Positions 45,569 through 57,075 are shown, numbered from the stretch's first letter. The stretch: DNA of 64,000 nucleotides from Omnitrophica WOR_2 bacterium RIFOXYA2_FULL_38_17 (GCA_001805965.1 MHHG01000028.1:9193-73192); one strand, 5' to 3'. Numbers and translations are program-made. The notes: generated from the sequence alone by a model not told the origin.

Positions 45569-46378
45569 ATGCAAACAAAGATTTTAGGCCTTATCGCGGG
45601 TAATGGTAAATTTCCCATCATATTTGCTCAAAAAGCAAGATCCCAAAACTATAAAGTGATTGCTGCAGGAATCAAGGGGGATACTTCTTTTTTATTGAAG
45701 TATTTTGTAAGCGAGCACTCTCTTTTTAAAGCAGGTGAACTGAAAAAGCTTTTTTCTTTTTTGAAAGAAAAGGGGGTCACCCATGCTGTTATGGCGGGCC
45801 AAGTCAGCCAGAGAAATCTATTTAAAAAGGATGTTGTTTTCGACGAGGAATTTCAGGCGATCTTTGACTCATTAAAGGACAGAAAGGCAGATACTATATT
45901 TTCCGCGATTGCAAATAAACTAAAAGAGAATGGCATAGAACTTGTTGATTCAACATTTTTACTAAAAGATTGCCTTGCAGCCAAAGGGATTTTATCTGAC
46001 AGAAAACCGACTGATGAAGAGTTGCTGGATATAGAATTTGGTAAAGAGATCGCCAAGAAGATGGGCGCTGTTGATGTCGGCCAAACGGTTGTTATTAAAA
46101 GAAAGGCGATTGTTGCTATAGAGGCAATGGAAGGCACTGATAAGGCTATTTATCGAGGAGGCAAAATTGCAAAAAATGGGGCAGTTGTTGTAAAGATGAG
46201 CAAACCGAACCAGGATTTGCGGTTTGATGTGCCTGTTATTGGCCCTAGAACGATATCTGTTATGAAAAAATGTTCTGCAAGTTGCCTTGCTATTGAAGCA
46301 GGTAAGACATTGATAATAGATAAAGAAACTTGTTTGAAGATAGCTAATTTAGCAGGAATTTGTATAATTTCAATTTGA
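45569..46378 (+). CDS. lpxI: UDP-2,3-diacylglucosamine diphosphatase LpxI
   Basis: GLIAGNGKFP, DVGQT, EAMEGTD, QDLRFDVP; follows lpxA. Confidence 0.92.
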   Translation: MQTKILGLIAGNGKFPIIFAQKARSQNYKVIAAGIKGDTSFLLKYFVSEHSLFKAGELKKLFSFLKEKGVTHAVMAGQVSQRNLFKKDVVFDEEFQAIFDSLKDRKADTIFSAIANKLKENGIELVDSTFLLKDCLAAKGILSDRKPTDEELLDIEFGKEIAKKMGAVDVGQTVVIKRKAIVAIEAMEGTDKAIYRGGKIAKNGAVVVKMSKPNQDLRFDVPVIGPRTISVMKKCSASCLAIEAGKTLIIDKETCLKIANLAGICIISI

Positions 46379-46498
46379 TCTTTATTGTTTGCTTGTTTAT
46401 TTTTGGGTATTTTGTTGCATTTTCTCACATTAATAAGCATCACCAGGCTCTAATACGTTTTTTTATTTTTCTCGCCGAAAAAGACCTTTTCCTTTTGA

Positions 46499-46527
46499 TT
46501 GACACCAAAATGCTTTTTCTATATAAT
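46499..46527 (+). promoter_or_regulatory. Perfect-consensus sigma70 promoter for lysS
   Basis: TTGACA-17 nt-TATAAT. Confidence 0.8.
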
Positions 46528-46574
46528 TGTATACTACATTAATTAATATTAATATTATTAAAATAGGATGAACT

Positions 46575-48014
46575 ATGGAAGTTGATGAAATAAAAAGAAT
46601 TAGAATCGAAAAGATTAAAAACCTTAAAGATATCGGGATTAATCCCTATGGTGGAAAATTCGGGCCAATTGATGATATAAAAAGTATCCTTGATGCATTT
46701 CAAGAAGAAAAAGAAGTTGTTATTGCTGGTAGGTTAATGGCGGTCAGAAGCCATGGCAAAGTTCTCTTTGCAGATATTTTAGATCAAACCGGAAGCATAC
46801 AGCTTTTTATTAAGATCGGTGTTATTGATGCAGAAATAGTCAAGGCTTTGGATATAGGGGATATTATTGGAGTAAAGGGGACATTGTTTGTTACAAAAAT
46901 GGGCCAGCAAAGTCTTCGTGTTTTGAGCATTGATGTTCTTTCAAAGTCTCTAATGACCTTGCCTGAAAAGTGGCATGGATTGAAAGATGTTGAGATCAGA
47001 TATCGCCAGAGATATGTAGACCTGATTGCCAACACAGATGTTAAAGATTTGTTTATAAAAAGAAGTAGAATTGTCTCTTTGATAAGAAAATTTTTGGATG
47101 ATCAAGGGTTCCTGGAAGTTGAAACCCCGATGCTTCAACCTTTGGCTGGAGGCGCCCGCGGCAGGCCTTTCAAAAGTCTCCATAACGCATATGATATGGA
47201 TGTCTTTTTGAGGATTGCCCCGGAGCTATATTTGAAAAGGTTATTAGTCGGCGGAATGGAAAGAGTTTATGAGATCAATAGGAATTTTAGGAATGAAGGT
47301 GTTTCAACAAGGCATAATCCTGAATTTACCATGCTTGAGGTATATCAGGCATATGGTGATTATCAGGATATGATGAAACTAACAGAAGACCTTGTAAGCG
47401 GATTGGCAAAAGAGATAACTGGTTCTTGTAAAGTTATGTATCAGGGAAAAGAAATAGATTTTACTACACCCTGGGAAAGAAGGTCATTTGCAGGAGTAGT
47501 AAAAGAAAAATTTGATATAAATCCTGAAGACAGCGCTGAAGTGATGCTTGAGAAAGTTAAGGCTAAAAAAAGCGCTAAAGTAAATGTAGATAAATTGACG
47601 CGTTCGGCAGTTATGAAGATTGTCGAAGATGTTCTTGAAGAAGATGAGATCGTAAATCCAGTTTTCTTTACTGATTATTTTACCTTCTTATGTCCCTTAG
47701 CAAAAACCATGCCTGATAATCCAGATATATCTCAAAGATTCGAAGCTTTTGTTGCAGGAATGGAGATCGGTAATGCATATTCAGAGCTTAATGACCCTGT
47801 CGAGCAAAGAAAAAGGTTGCTGGAAGACCTTGAGGATGATGTGGAGACGGGAAATAGATGTATTGATGAGGATTTTCTAAATGCTCTGGAATATGGGATG
47901 CCGCCAGCTGGTGGCCTTGGCATTGGGATTGATAGATTGGTTATGCTTCTGACAGATGCAGCATCTATAAGGGATGTTATTCTCTTTCCTTTGATGAAGC
48001 CGCAACAAAAATAA
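46575..48014 (+). CDS. lysS: Lysyl-tRNA synthetase, class II
   Basis: YRQRYVDL, LRIAPELYLK, FRNEG, HNPEFT, GLGIGIDRL. Confidence 0.97.
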   Translation: MEVDEIKRIRIEKIKNLKDIGINPYGGKFGPIDDIKSILDAFQEEKEVVIAGRLMAVRSHGKVLFADILDQTGSIQLFIKIGVIDAEIVKALDIGDIIGVKGTLFVTKMGQQSLRVLSIDVLSKSLMTLPEKWHGLKDVEIRYRQRYVDLIANTDVKDLFIKRSRIVSLIRKFLDDQGFLEVETPMLQPLAGGARGRPFKSLHNAYDMDVFLRIAPELYLKRLLVGGMERVYEINRNFRNEGVSTRHNPEFTMLEVYQAYGDYQDMMKLTEDLVSGLAKEITGSCKVMYQGKEIDFTTPWERRSFAGVVKEKFDINPEDSAEVMLEKVKAKKSAKVNVDKLTRSAVMKIVEDVLEEDEIVNPVFFTDYFTFLCPLAKTMPDNPDISQRFEAFVAGMEIGNAYSELNDPVEQRKRLLEDLEDDVETGNRCIDEDFLNALEYGMPPAGGLGIGIDRLVMLLTDAASIRDVILFPLMKPQQK

Positions 48015-48089
48015 ATGGTATCAATATTTTTTCTACTGGTCTAAATAGTTATTTTTATTAAGCAATGTTAAAGAAAGGAAAAGAATCTT

Positions 48090-48497
48090 ATGCAAGAAGA
48101 AATTATTGATCAAAACAATGTTTCTCGTGATCTATTGATGGCCTATTTTGATAAAGCATATTTCCAGACCTCTTTAGATGATAAAGGGAGCTTGTTTATT
48201 CAAGATAAATTCAGGATTTTTATAGATATCGGCAAGAAGAAAGCTAATATCACCTTGGGAGTTTATTTCAATCTTAAAGAAGGCTGCTTGTTTTCTGATG
48301 TTTTGGAATATGCAAATACTATTAATAAAGAACTGATTCAGATCAAAGCTATTGCAGGCGAAAAAGTCATAACTATTGAATATGACATTTGGATAGAAGG
48401 CGGGGCTTTGGTAAAGAATGTTATGGCTTCATATAGAAGTTTTGTATCTCAAGTTTCTGCTTCAATAGGCAAAGATCGAAATCAAGTGCTTTTATAG
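48090..48497 (+). CDS. YbjN-like (type III secretion chaperone fold) protein
   Basis: Size, ANTIN helix motif, YDIWIEGG strand. Confidence 0.6.
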   Translation: MQEEIIDQNNVSRDLLMAYFDKAYFQTSLDDKGSLFIQDKFRIFIDIGKKKANITLGVYFNLKEGCLFSDVLEYANTINKELIQIKAIAGEKVITIEYDIWIEGGALVKNVMASYRSFVSQVSASIGKDRNQVLL

Positions 48498-48518
48498 TCT
48501 TTAAGGCAAAGGATAATT

Positions 48519-49712
48519 TTGGGTTACGAAAATTGGATTAGTTATCGGTATCTAGTTGCAAGCAAGGGACGCTTTTTAACCTTTCTGAATGTCATTTCTA
48601 TAGCTGGTGTTGCTATTGGTGTCATGGCATTGATAATTGTTATCGGTGTTATGACCGGGTTTGGTAATAATTTGAGAGAGAAGATAATAGGCACCACTCC
48701 TCACATCATGATCGAGAAGGAAACGGCCATTGAGGATTTTTCTGCGCTCCAGAAGAAGATAAGCGCTGTTGCCGAAGTGGAGAATTCATCACCATACATT
48801 CAGGGCAATATATTCCTTGAGAGCTCAGGGCAGGCAATTGGATTGGTTGTTCGCGGAATCGATGCTATCAAAGAGGACAAAGTAACAAAGATCAGCCAGT
48901 ATCTGATAAAAGGACACCTAAAAGAACTTCAAGGCGATAATGTAGTAATTGGCAGCGAGTTAGCAAGGTATTTTGGTTATTCTCCCGGGGACGAGATCAC
49001 TCTTATATCTCCAAGTTCCGGCTTGTCTGGCCAGGGCTGGAGATATAAATTCACGGTTTCAGGGATTTTTACGACAGGTATGGCTGATTATGATATGAAT
49101 GTCATTGTAATTGACCTAATTAAAGCCCAAGAAATATTTGGATTACCTGAAGGATTTTCAACCGGAATAGGGGTTAAACTGCAGAACCCTAATCAGTCAG
49201 AAGAGGTTAAAGAAAAAATTTATAATTTGATCGGATACGGTTATATCGTAAAAACCTGGATCGATAGCAATAGAAATCTTTTTGATGCCTTGTTCCTCGA
49301 GAAATGGGGCTTGTTCATAATATTGACTTTAATGGTGATCGTTGCCTCTTTCAATATCATAAGCACTTTAGTGGTTACTGTTACAAGTAAGGTGCATGAT
49401 ATCGGAATCCTAAAATCTATAGGGGTAACAAAAAAATCGATCCGGAGGATTTTTATCAAGCAGGGTATTTTTATCGGGTGCCTTGGCACTTTTTGGGGCG
49501 TGTTGTTAGGTGTTTCAATTAGTTTTATTTTAAAGAACTATGTGAAGGTGCCTAAAGAGATTTACTCTATAGACCATGTTCCAGTTGAGTTACAGGTGTT
49601 TGATATGTTTGTTATTGTCGCTGCTGCTTTGATAATCAGCTATTTAGCCACAATATATCCTGCTGCAAAGGCAGCTAATCTAGAACCGGTAGAAGCGCTG
49701 AGATATGAGTAA
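48519..49712 (+). CDS. lolE: Lipoprotein-releasing ABC transporter permease (LolC/E/F)
   Basis: GVAIGVMALIIV..VMTGF, IGILKSIG, YPA..AA.LEPVEALRYE. Confidence 0.92.
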   Translation: MGYENWISYRYLVASKGRFLTFLNVISIAGVAIGVMALIIVIGVMTGFGNNLREKIIGTTPHIMIEKETAIEDFSALQKKISAVAEVENSSPYIQGNIFLESSGQAIGLVVRGIDAIKEDKVTKISQYLIKGHLKELQGDNVVIGSELARYFGYSPGDEITLISPSSGLSGQGWRYKFTVSGIFTTGMADYDMNVIVIDLIKAQEIFGLPEGFSTGIGVKLQNPNQSEEVKEKIYNLIGYGYIVKTWIDSNRNLFDALFLEKWGLFIILTLMVIVASFNIISTLVVTVTSKVHDIGILKSIGVTKKSIRRIFIKQGIFIGCLGTFWGVLLGVSISFILKNYVKVPKEIYSIDHVPVELQVFDMFVIVAAALIISYLATIYPAAKAANLEPVEALRYE

Positions 49713-49715
49713 TTA

Positions 49716-50387
49716 ATGTTATTAAAAGCTACAGATATTAGAAAAACTTATAACCTTGCAGCAAGCTCTTTTGATGTATTAAAAGGGATTGACCTTCAGA
49801 TAGATAATGGGGAGTTTGTCTCGATCGTCGGTCCTTCAGGCGCAGGCAAGTCAACATTGCTTCATATTTTAGGGTGCCTGGATAAGCCTAGCGCCGGCGT
49901 TGTTATTGTTGATAATGAAGATATATATAAACTAACTGATATTCAAAGAGCAAAAATAAGGAACAACAAAATTGGTTTTGTTTTTCAGTTTTATCATCTT
50001 TTAGGAGAATTTACTGCTTTAGAGAATGTTATGCTGCCTTTGATCGTAAAAGAGAATAGGCAGGTGAACAATAAGTTAAAAGAAAAAGGCCGGGAACTTT
50101 TAGCTTTGGTGGGTTTGGAAAAGAGGATTGAGCATAAACCAAACCAATTGTCTGGCGGCGAACAGCAAAGGGTTGCTATAGCAAGGGCACTGATCAACGG
50201 CCCTCAATTGATCCTTTGTGACGAGCCTACTGGTAATTTAGATTCAGAAAGTGGAAAAAATGTCATTGACCTGCTGTTCCAATTGAATCAGAAAAATAAT
50301 CAGGCTGTAGTTGTTGTCACGCATGATGATGATATTGCTAAAATATCACCGAAAGTGATTTATATGCGTGATGGAAAACTAATTTAG
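49716..50387 (+). CDS. lolD: Lipoprotein-releasing ABC transporter ATPase
   Basis: GPSGAGKST, GFVFQFYHLL, LSGGEQQR, DEPTGNLD. Confidence 0.93.
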   Translation: MLLKATDIRKTYNLAASSFDVLKGIDLQIDNGEFVSIVGPSGAGKSTLLHILGCLDKPSAGVVIVDNEDIYKLTDIQRAKIRNNKIGFVFQFYHLLGEFTALENVMLPLIVKENRQVNNKLKEKGRELLALVGLEKRIEHKPNQLSGGEQQRVAIARALINGPQLILCDEPTGNLDSESGKNVIDLLFQLNQKNNQAVVVVTHDDDIAKISPKVIYMRDGKLI

Positions 50388-50415
50388 TTAGAAAAATAAA
50401 AAAGGTGAGGATTTT

Positions 50416-51279
50416 ATGAAAGTTTATGTAAATGGAAAATTTGTTGAAAAGCAAGATGCGAAAATTTCTGTTTTTGACCACGGCCTTCTTTATGGTGATG
50501 GGGCTTTTGAAGGAATAAGGGCTTATAATAGCGTTGTTTTTAAGCTGAAAGAACATGTTGATAGGCTGTATGAAACAATTCATACGCTTATGATAGAAGC
50601 TCCACTTACAAAAAAGCAAATGATGGAAGTCATTGTTGATACTTTGAAAAAGAATAAACTGAAAGATGCATACATCAGGGTCCTTATAACACGAGGAGAA
50701 GGTGACCTTGGCCTGGACCCAAAAAAGTGCAAAGGTTCCGCGGGAATTATCATCATTACTGACAAGATAACGCTTTATCCGAAAGAACTTTATGAAAATG
50801 GAATGGAGATAATCACTGTTCCTACTATAAGGAATAATCCTGAAGCTCTCAATCCTCAGCTGAAATCCTTGAATTATTTGAACAATATTTTAGCAAAGAT
50901 AGAAGCCAGTAATTCAGGTTATAGCGAGGCTATCATGTTAGATCACCAAGGTTATGTTGCTGAATGTACGGGAGACAACATTTTTATTTACAAAAATGGG
51001 GTCCTTTCAACTCCGAGCCAGGGAGGATTGAAAGGGATAACCAGAGATGTTGTTCTTAAGTATGCCCAAAAGACCAAGATAAAAACAAATGAATGCCAGA
51101 TCACAAGGCATGAAGTTTATACATCAGAGGAGTGCTTTCTGACGGGTACTGCTGCCGAGATAATCCCTGTGGTAAAGGTTGATGGCAGGCTTATTGGCAA
51201 CGGCAAGCCGGGGGCAATCACTAAGAAGATGCTTAAAATGTTTAAAGTAGCAACAAAACAAGATGGTGTAAAATATTAG
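50416..51279 (+). CDS. ilvE: Branched-chain amino acid aminotransferase
   Basis: DHGLLYGDGAFEGIRAY, KSLNY, GITR, TGTAAE. Confidence 0.94.
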   Translation: MKVYVNGKFVEKQDAKISVFDHGLLYGDGAFEGIRAYNSVVFKLKEHVDRLYETIHTLMIEAPLTKKQMMEVIVDTLKKNKLKDAYIRVLITRGEGDLGLDPKKCKGSAGIIIITDKITLYPKELYENGMEIITVPTIRNNPEALNPQLKSLNYLNNILAKIEASNSGYSEAIMLDHQGYVAECTGDNIFIYKNGVLSTPSQGGLKGITRDVVLKYAQKTKIKTNECQITRHEVYTSEECFLTGTAAEIIPVVKVDGRLIGNGKPGAITKKMLKMFKVATKQDGVKY

Positions 51280-51312
51280 TAAAAAGCTGTAGAAAGAGAA
51301 TGAGGAGTCGTT

Positions 51313-51828
51313 ATGCTTTGTGATATTTGTAGTAAGAAAAAAGCTACTGTGCATTTAACGGAGATCATTGATGAGCAAATGTCGGAGATGCATCTGTGTG
51401 AAGTTTGTGCAAAGGAAAAGAGCGTCCAGATGGAGCAACAGTTTGGATTGGCTGACCTGCTAGCAGGTTTGTCTGATTTCGGAAAACAAGTAAAGGATGT
51501 CGATAAGGCTGACCTAAAATGTTCTAACTGTGGATTAACTTACGATGATTTTAGGAAATTGGGAAGATTAGGCTGCAGCCAGTGCTATGATTCCTTTAAA
51601 GTGCATTTGGCTACTTTGCTTAAGAAGATCCATGGATCAAATCGTCATTGCGGGAAAAGCCCAGTAGATTTTACTGAGGTTAAAGGGGATGTAAAAAATG
51701 ATGATCTCCAGGGACTAAAGCAGCAGTTACTGGAAGCTATTGGAGTGGAAGATTTTGAATTAGCAGCAAAGCTGAGAGATAAGATCCATGAAATCGAAAA
51801 GAAAGACGGTAAAGAAAATGGAATTTAA
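51313..51828 (+). CDS. mcsA: McsA zinc-finger/UVR-domain activator
   Basis: Four CxxC motifs, C-terminal EDFELAAKLRD UVR domain. Confidence 0.93.
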   Translation: MLCDICSKKKATVHLTEIIDEQMSEMHLCEVCAKEKSVQMEQQFGLADLLAGLSDFGKQVKDVDKADLKCSNCGLTYDDFRKLGRLGCSQCYDSFKVHLATLLKKIHGSNRHCGKSPVDFTEVKGDVKNDDLQGLKQQLLEAIGVEDFELAAKLRDKIHEIEKKDGKENGI

Positions 51829-52873
51829 TGACTTTATGAACAATAAGGGCGAATGGTTGAAAGGCACAGGGTCTCATTCAAACATTGTTATGTCTTCTCG
51901 AATACGGTTGGCACGAAACTTAATGCTTAAGCCGTTCCCTAATAAAGCAAGAAAGAAAGAGTTAACTGATATATTGACGGAAATTCACGGGGCGATGGAT
52001 AGTATTGAACTTTTTAAGGGCTCTACATTTTTGAAAATTGGCGAACTGGACAATATCGAGAAACAATTCCTTATTGAGCGGCATTTGATGAGCCATGACC
52101 ATGCAGTGAACACAGAAGGTAAAGCTTTGGTTTTCTCAAAGGAGGAAGGGCTTGCTGTTATGATCAATGAGGAGGATCATCTGAGGATACAAGTCATGCA
52201 GTCTGGGCTGAATTTGAACGATACTTGGGAAGTGGCAAATTCGATTGATGATGAACTATCATCTAAACTGGACTTTGCCTATTCATCTAAATGGGGTTAT
52301 TTGACCGCTTGTCCTACAAATACCGGAACAGCTATGCGTGGCTCGGTAATGTTACATCTTCCTGCCTTGGTTATGACAAAACAGGTCAATAAGGTCTTGG
52401 CGGCGGTATCAAAATTGAATTTTGCTTCGCGCGGATTTTATGGCGAGGGGACTCAGGCTAGCGGTAATTTCTATCAGATATCCAATCAGGTATCTTTAGG
52501 TCACAGCGAGCAGGAAATAATACAGAATATTAATGGCCTTATACGCCAGGTTATTGATCAGGAGGAACAAGCCCGGCAGGCTTTGCTAGTTCAGAACAGG
52601 CCTATGCTTGAAGACAAGATATTCCGTTCTTTTGGAGTATTGAAAAATGCACATATAATTTCGAGCCAGGAAACGGTTGAAATGCTATCTATGGTCAGGC
52701 TGGGGATTGATCTTGAGATAATAAAGGACCTTGATAGAGGGATAATTAATGAATTATTCATAATGATACAGCCTGCACATTTGCAAAAGATAGAAGGAAA
52801 AAAATTGTTAGTTGCAGACAGGGATATAAAAAGAGCGAAACTTATTAGGGAAAAATTGGGAGGGGAAAAATAA
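51818..52873 (+). CDS. mcsB: Protein arginine kinase McsB
   Basis: [32 protein letters not shown]. Confidence 0.94.
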   Translation: MEFNDFMNNKGEWLKGTGSHSNIVMSSRIRLARNLMLKPFPNKARKKELTDILTEIHGAMDSIELFKGSTFLKIGELDNIEKQFLIERHLMSHDHAVNTEGKALVFSKEEGLAVMINEEDHLRIQVMQSGLNLNDTWEVANSIDDELSSKLDFAYSSKWGYLTACPTNTGTAMRGSVMLHLPALVMTKQVNKVLAAVSKLNFASRGFYGEGTQASGNFYQISNQVSLGHSEQEIIQNINGLIRQVIDQEEQARQALLVQNRPMLEDKIFRSFGVLKNAHIISSQETVEMLSMVRLGIDLEIIKDLDRGIINELFIMIQPAHLQKIEGKKLLVADRDIKRAKLIREKLGGEK

Positions 52874-55293
52874 TGTTTAATAGATTTACGGAAAGAGCGA
52901 GAAAAGTAATTGTTTACGCAAAAGAAGAGGCAAGAAGGTTTAATCATGATTATATCGGGACAGAGCATCTTTTGCTTGGTCTGGTTCGTGAAGGCGAGGG
53001 TGTCGCTGCAGCCGTGTTACAGAAAGTGAATCTTGACCTCGAGACTATCAGGATTGAAGTTGAAAAATTAGTTCAGCCAGGACCTCAAACTCAGGTGATG
53101 GGGGATATACCTTTTACTCCAAGGTCAAAGAAAGCCCTTGAGTTATCGGCAGAAGAGGCAAGGGCTCTTGGCCATAACTATATTGGAACAGAGCATCTTC
53201 TTTTGGGTTTGGTAAAAGAAGGGGAAGGAATGGCATACAGGGTATTGCTTAATTTAGGATTGGACCTCGCTAAGTTGCGAACGGAAGTTATGGAATTATT
53301 AGGATCGGGTATTCCCGGATTCAATACTCAAGAGCAGGAAAAAACAAATAAGACCCCTGCGATCGATGCTTATGGACGCAACTTAAATAAGTTGGCTAGA
53401 GATGGAAAATTAGACCCTGTAATCGGACGAGAAGAAGAAATAGAAAGAATAGTCCAGATCCTAAGCCGCAGGACAAAGAATAATCCTGTTTTGTTGGGTG
53501 AGGCTGGTGTCGGAAAAACTGCCATTGTTGAAGGATTAGCCCAGTTGGTTGTAAAAGGCGATGTGCCGGAGATCCTCAGGGATAAGACTATAGTTGTTCT
53601 AGATTTGGCTCTTATGATAGCCGGAACTAAATATAGAGGCCAATTCGAGGAAAGGATCAAAGCTATCATGGACGAGATCAGGCGTTCGGGCAATTTGATA
53701 CTTTTTATTGATGAGCTTCATACATTGGTTGGAGCGGGTGCAGCCGAAGGCGCTATTGATGCTGCAAATATCTTAAAGCCCGCTTTAGCACGTGGGGAGA
53801 TCCAGTGTATCGGGGCGACTACTTTAGATGAATACCGTAAGCATATTGAGAAGGATGCAGCATTAGAAAGAAGATTTCAGACGATCATGGTAGATCCTCC
53901 TTCCGTTGATGAAGCTATCCAGATACTTAAAGGCTTAAGAGATAGATATGAGGCGCATCATAGGGTGCAGTTCTCGGATGAATCTTTAGACGCTGCAGTC
54001 AAGCTTTCTGAAAGATATATCTCAGGGAGAGCCCTGCCAGATAAAGCTGTTGATATTTTAGATGAAGCCGGTTCAAGGGCTCGTCTAAAGGCGATGGTTG
54101 TCCCGCCAGACCTTAAAGACCTGGAGATTGAGATTGAAAAATTGAAAGAACAAAAAGAAGAATATATAAAGAGTCAGGACTTTGAAAAAGCCGCAAACAT
54201 GAGGGATCAAGAGCGTGAAACAAGAAATAAGCTTGAGCAGATCAGAAAAGAATGGACTGAAGAAAGGGATAAAATAACTATAATTATCGGATACGAAGAT
54301 ATTGCTAAGGTTGTTTCACAGTGGACTAAAGTTCCCCTCGTAAGATTAGAACAGAAGGAAAGCCAGAAGCTGTTAAATATGGAAGACCAGATAAACAAGG
54401 TTGTAGTCGGGCAAAAAGAACCGATCAGCGCTATTGCACGTGCAGTAAGGCGCTCGAGAGCAGGAATTAAGGACCCTAAGAGGCCGATAGGGTCTTTTGT
54501 GTTCTTAGGGCCTACCGGTGTAGGAAAAACACTTTTGGCTCAAGCCTTGGCCGAGTTTATGTTCGGCGGAAAAGATGCTTTATTGCAGATAGATATGTCT
54601 GAATATATGGACAAGTTCAATGTCTCTCGTTTAATTGGTGCGCCTCCAGGTTATGTTGGTTATGAAGAAGGCGGACAGTTGACAGAAAAAGTGAGAAGAA
54701 AGCCATATTCTGTTGTGCTTCTAGACGAGATCGAAAAAGCTCACCCGGATGTTTTTAACCTGCTTTTACAGGTGTTTGAAGAAGGAAGGCTGACAGATAG
54801 TCTGGGAAGAAAAGTTGATTTTAGGAACACGATCATTCTTATGACCTCTAATGTCGGCGCGGATATGTTGCGCAAACAAGGCTCTCTTGGTTTTGCTTTA
54901 AAGGAACGGGAGGTTTCATATGAAAATATGAAAACACGCCTTCTGGAAGAAGTAAAAAACACATTTAAGCCTGAGTTTTTAAACAGGGTTGACGAAATTA
55001 TCGTATTTCAATCCCTTACAAAAGAGAACCTTCATGAAATTGTCAAAATAGAAATTGCATACGTTCTAAATAGATTGAAGGATAAAGGGATTACCCTGGA
55101 TATAAATGAGGAAGCTGTTGGATTACTAATTGAGAAGGGTTTTGATCCCGTATATGGTGCAAGGCCTTTAAAGAGAACGATACAACGCTTGTTGGAGGAC
55201 CCGCTTTCAGAAGATATTATTTCTGGCAAGTTCTTAGAAGGAAGCAAAATTCATGCTGTAAGGAGTAATGATATTATTATTTTTGAACAATAG
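52873..55293 (+). CDS. clpC: ATP-dependent Clp protease ATPase ClpC
   Basis: Tandem Clp-N repeats, [12 protein letters not shown]-domain, [11 protein letters not shown] loop, GARPL. Confidence 0.96.
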   Translation: MFNRFTERARKVIVYAKEEARRFNHDYIGTEHLLLGLVREGEGVAAAVLQKVNLDLETIRIEVEKLVQPGPQTQVMGDIPFTPRSKKALELSAEEARALGHNYIGTEHLLLGLVKEGEGMAYRVLLNLGLDLAKLRTEVMELLGSGIPGFNTQEQEKTNKTPAIDAYGRNLNKLARDGKLDPVIGREEEIERIVQILSRRTKNNPVLLGEAGVGKTAIVEGLAQLVVKGDVPEILRDKTIVVLDLALMIAGTKYRGQFEERIKAIMDEIRRSGNLILFIDELHTLVGAGAAEGAIDAANILKPALARGEIQCIGATTLDEYRKHIEKDAALERRFQTIMVDPPSVDEAIQILKGLRDRYEAHHRVQFSDESLDAAVKLSERYISGRALPDKAVDILDEAGSRARLKAMVVPPDLKDLEIEIEKLKEQKEEYIKSQDFEKAANMRDQERETRNKLEQIRKEWTEERDKITIIIGYEDIAKVVSQWTKVPLVRLEQKESQKLLNMEDQINKVVVGQKEPISAIARAVRRSRAGIKDPKRPIGSFVFLGPTGVGKTLLAQALAEFMFGGKDALLQIDMSEYMDKFNVSRLIGAPPGYVGYEEGGQLTEKVRRKPYSVVLLDEIEKAHPDVFNLLLQVFEEGRLTDSLGRKVDFRNTIILMTSNVGADMLRKQGSLGFALKEREVSYENMKTRLLEEVKNTFKPEFLNRVDEIIVFQSLTKENLHEIVKIEIAYVLNRLKDKGITLDINEEAVGLLIEKGFDPVYGARPLKRTIQRLLEDPLSEDIISGKFLEGSKIHAVRSNDIIIFEQ

Positions 55294-55295
55294 TA

Positions 55296-56276
55296 ATGAA
55301 CTTCAAAATAACATTATTTGTGCTGGGCCTTTGTTTCCTTTTTCCAGTCGATTCATTTTCAAAAGATGTTTTTTCTTTTGATGGTAGAGTTGATCTTGAG
55401 AAAGAGCAGATAGAATTGAAGCTTGACTTCTTGGACAGAGGGATGCTCTTTGTTAAGAGCGCAAGGCAGGAGGATAGCAATTTATCTGTGTTATTGGATA
55501 TTGAGCATTTCAAAGCTTTTAAGTTTGATATATCAAGTGAGATCAAAGGCTTAATTGAATATTCGGGCAAGGAAAAGGATACGCCAGATGCTCTTTTGGG
55601 GAGATTTTGGAGTGATTATACGCTGCTTAACTATCAGCCTATAAGAGAGCTTACTGGCCATTTTGAAGTTAAGGACCAAAAATTGTATTTAAGGTCTTTC
55701 TCTGTCGGCAATGTTTCTTTCAATGGCGCGGTTGCTTTAGTTAGTCCTTATAATGTAGACTTAGCGTTCAATCTATCCATGATAGAGATGAATGATTTTA
55801 TAGATTTCTGGATGACAGATAGGCCTTATGATTCTGGTGGGCTTGTATCGGGAACGATCGGGGTTGCTGGAAATCTTAATAAAATATATTTAAAAGGCAG
55901 GCTAGAAAGCCACGAAGGGTTCATAAAGAAAATAAGGTTTAACAGCCTTTATCTGAATGTTAACGGTTTTTATCCTAACCTGGAAGTTTTTGATTCATCA
56001 ATAGCGGAGAAAGAAGGATTGAGCTTTAAATTCAGTGGACCGATAGACCTGAGCGATAAAGAAAATTTTAAGAAGCAGATAAAAGAGCTTACTTTTATGC
56101 TCGATGTAAAGGGCTCTGATTCTAACGCAGAATGGACGATAAAAAAATATAATAATGAAAAGGGGGGCTCTGACACAACAGAGCTAAAGTATTTTCTTCA
56201 GAACAATCCCATTTCTGGTTTGTTGTCAAATGAAGGGTCGGGAGTGCTGGGCGTAGAAAGGCGCATTAGTTTTTAA
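55296..56276 (+). CDS. Exported beta-rich protein, short AsmA/TamB-like, with C-terminal beta-signal-like strand
   Basis: Signal peptide; amphipathic strands; GLVSGTIGVAGNLNKIYLKGRL resembles TamB/AsmA repeats; ends LGVERRISF. CDS is solid; fold call is inference. Confidence 0.6.
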   Translation: MNFKITLFVLGLCFLFPVDSFSKDVFSFDGRVDLEKEQIELKLDFLDRGMLFVKSARQEDSNLSVLLDIEHFKAFKFDISSEIKGLIEYSGKEKDTPDALLGRFWSDYTLLNYQPIRELTGHFEVKDQKLYLRSFSVGNVSFNGAVALVSPYNVDLAFNLSMIEMNDFIDFWMTDRPYDSGGLVSGTIGVAGNLNKIYLKGRLESHEGFIKKIRFNSLYLNVNGFYPNLEVFDSSIAEKEGLSFKFSGPIDLSDKENFKKQIKELTFMLDVKGSDSNAEWTIKKYNNEKGGSDTTELKYFLQNNPISGLLSNEGSGVLGVERRISF

Positions 56277-56310
56277 CAATATACAGTTAAAGAGCTAGAT
56301 CACTAATATT

Positions 56311-57066
56311 ATGGCCTATCGTTTCATAAGTTATATCGGGGAGTTGTCTCTTCTTGGAGGAAGGACATTTTATTGGGCTCTGGTCCCACCTTTTAAAATA
56401 GGCAGGATATTGGCTCAATCGAAACGTGTCGGGCCCGGAAGTTTTTTTATTGCCTCGCTCGTTGCTTTTTTTATCGGAATGATCATGTCTTTGCAGATGG
56501 CATATCAAATGGTTGAGCTTTCTGCAGAAATTTATATCCCAAGCATAGTTGCAATATCCATAACAAGGGAGCTAGCTCCGGTATTGACCGCTTTAATTGT
56601 TGCAGGCAGGGTCGGCGCTGGAATGACAGCAGAGCTGGGAACTATGACAGTAACAGAGCAAGTTGATGCCCTAAAAGCCTTTGCTGTAAATCCTGTTAAA
56701 TATTTAGTTGTGCCTAGGTTCTTAGCATTAGTGATAATGTTACCAGTGTTGACTATTTTTTCTGATGTTATCGGAATCTTAGGAGGGTTTGTTATATGTG
56801 TCTATAAGTTGTTCATAAGCCCTTCATTATATTGGTCGATGGTTATACAGGCATTGACAGCTAAGGATATTTTGACTGGTTTATGCAAAACGATCGTTTT
56901 TGGTGCGATTATTGCTTTAGTAGGATGCCATCAGGGACTGAATGTTGATAGCGGGGCTGAAGGCGTTGGTAAGGCTACAACGCAATCTGTTGTTGTTTCT
57001 TTTATCTTGATCATTATGGCTGATTGTTTATTTACGACCATGTTTTATTTTATTTGGAATATGTAG
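56311..57066 (+). CDS. mlaE: MlaE lipid ABC transporter permease
   Basis: RELAPVLTALIVAGRVG, EQVDAL, YLVVPR, GVGKATT. Confidence 0.94.
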   Translation: MAYRFISYIGELSLLGGRTFYWALVPPFKIGRILAQSKRVGPGSFFIASLVAFFIGMIMSLQMAYQMVELSAEIYIPSIVAISITRELAPVLTALIVAGRVGAGMTAELGTMTVTEQVDALKAFAVNPVKYLVVPRFLALVIMLPVLTIFSDVIGILGGFVICVYKLFISPSLYWSMVIQALTAKDILTGLCKTIVFGAIIALVGCHQGLNVDSGAEGVGKATTQSVVVSFILIIMADCLFTTMFYFIWNM

Positions 57067-57075
57067 GGAGCATTA

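Noticed and set aside
46360-46542. 60-aa ORF or lpxB/prfB remnant in the lpxI-lysS gap
   Set aside because: Low-complexity T-rich sequence with a weak start that runs through the lysS promoter; no recognisable remnant
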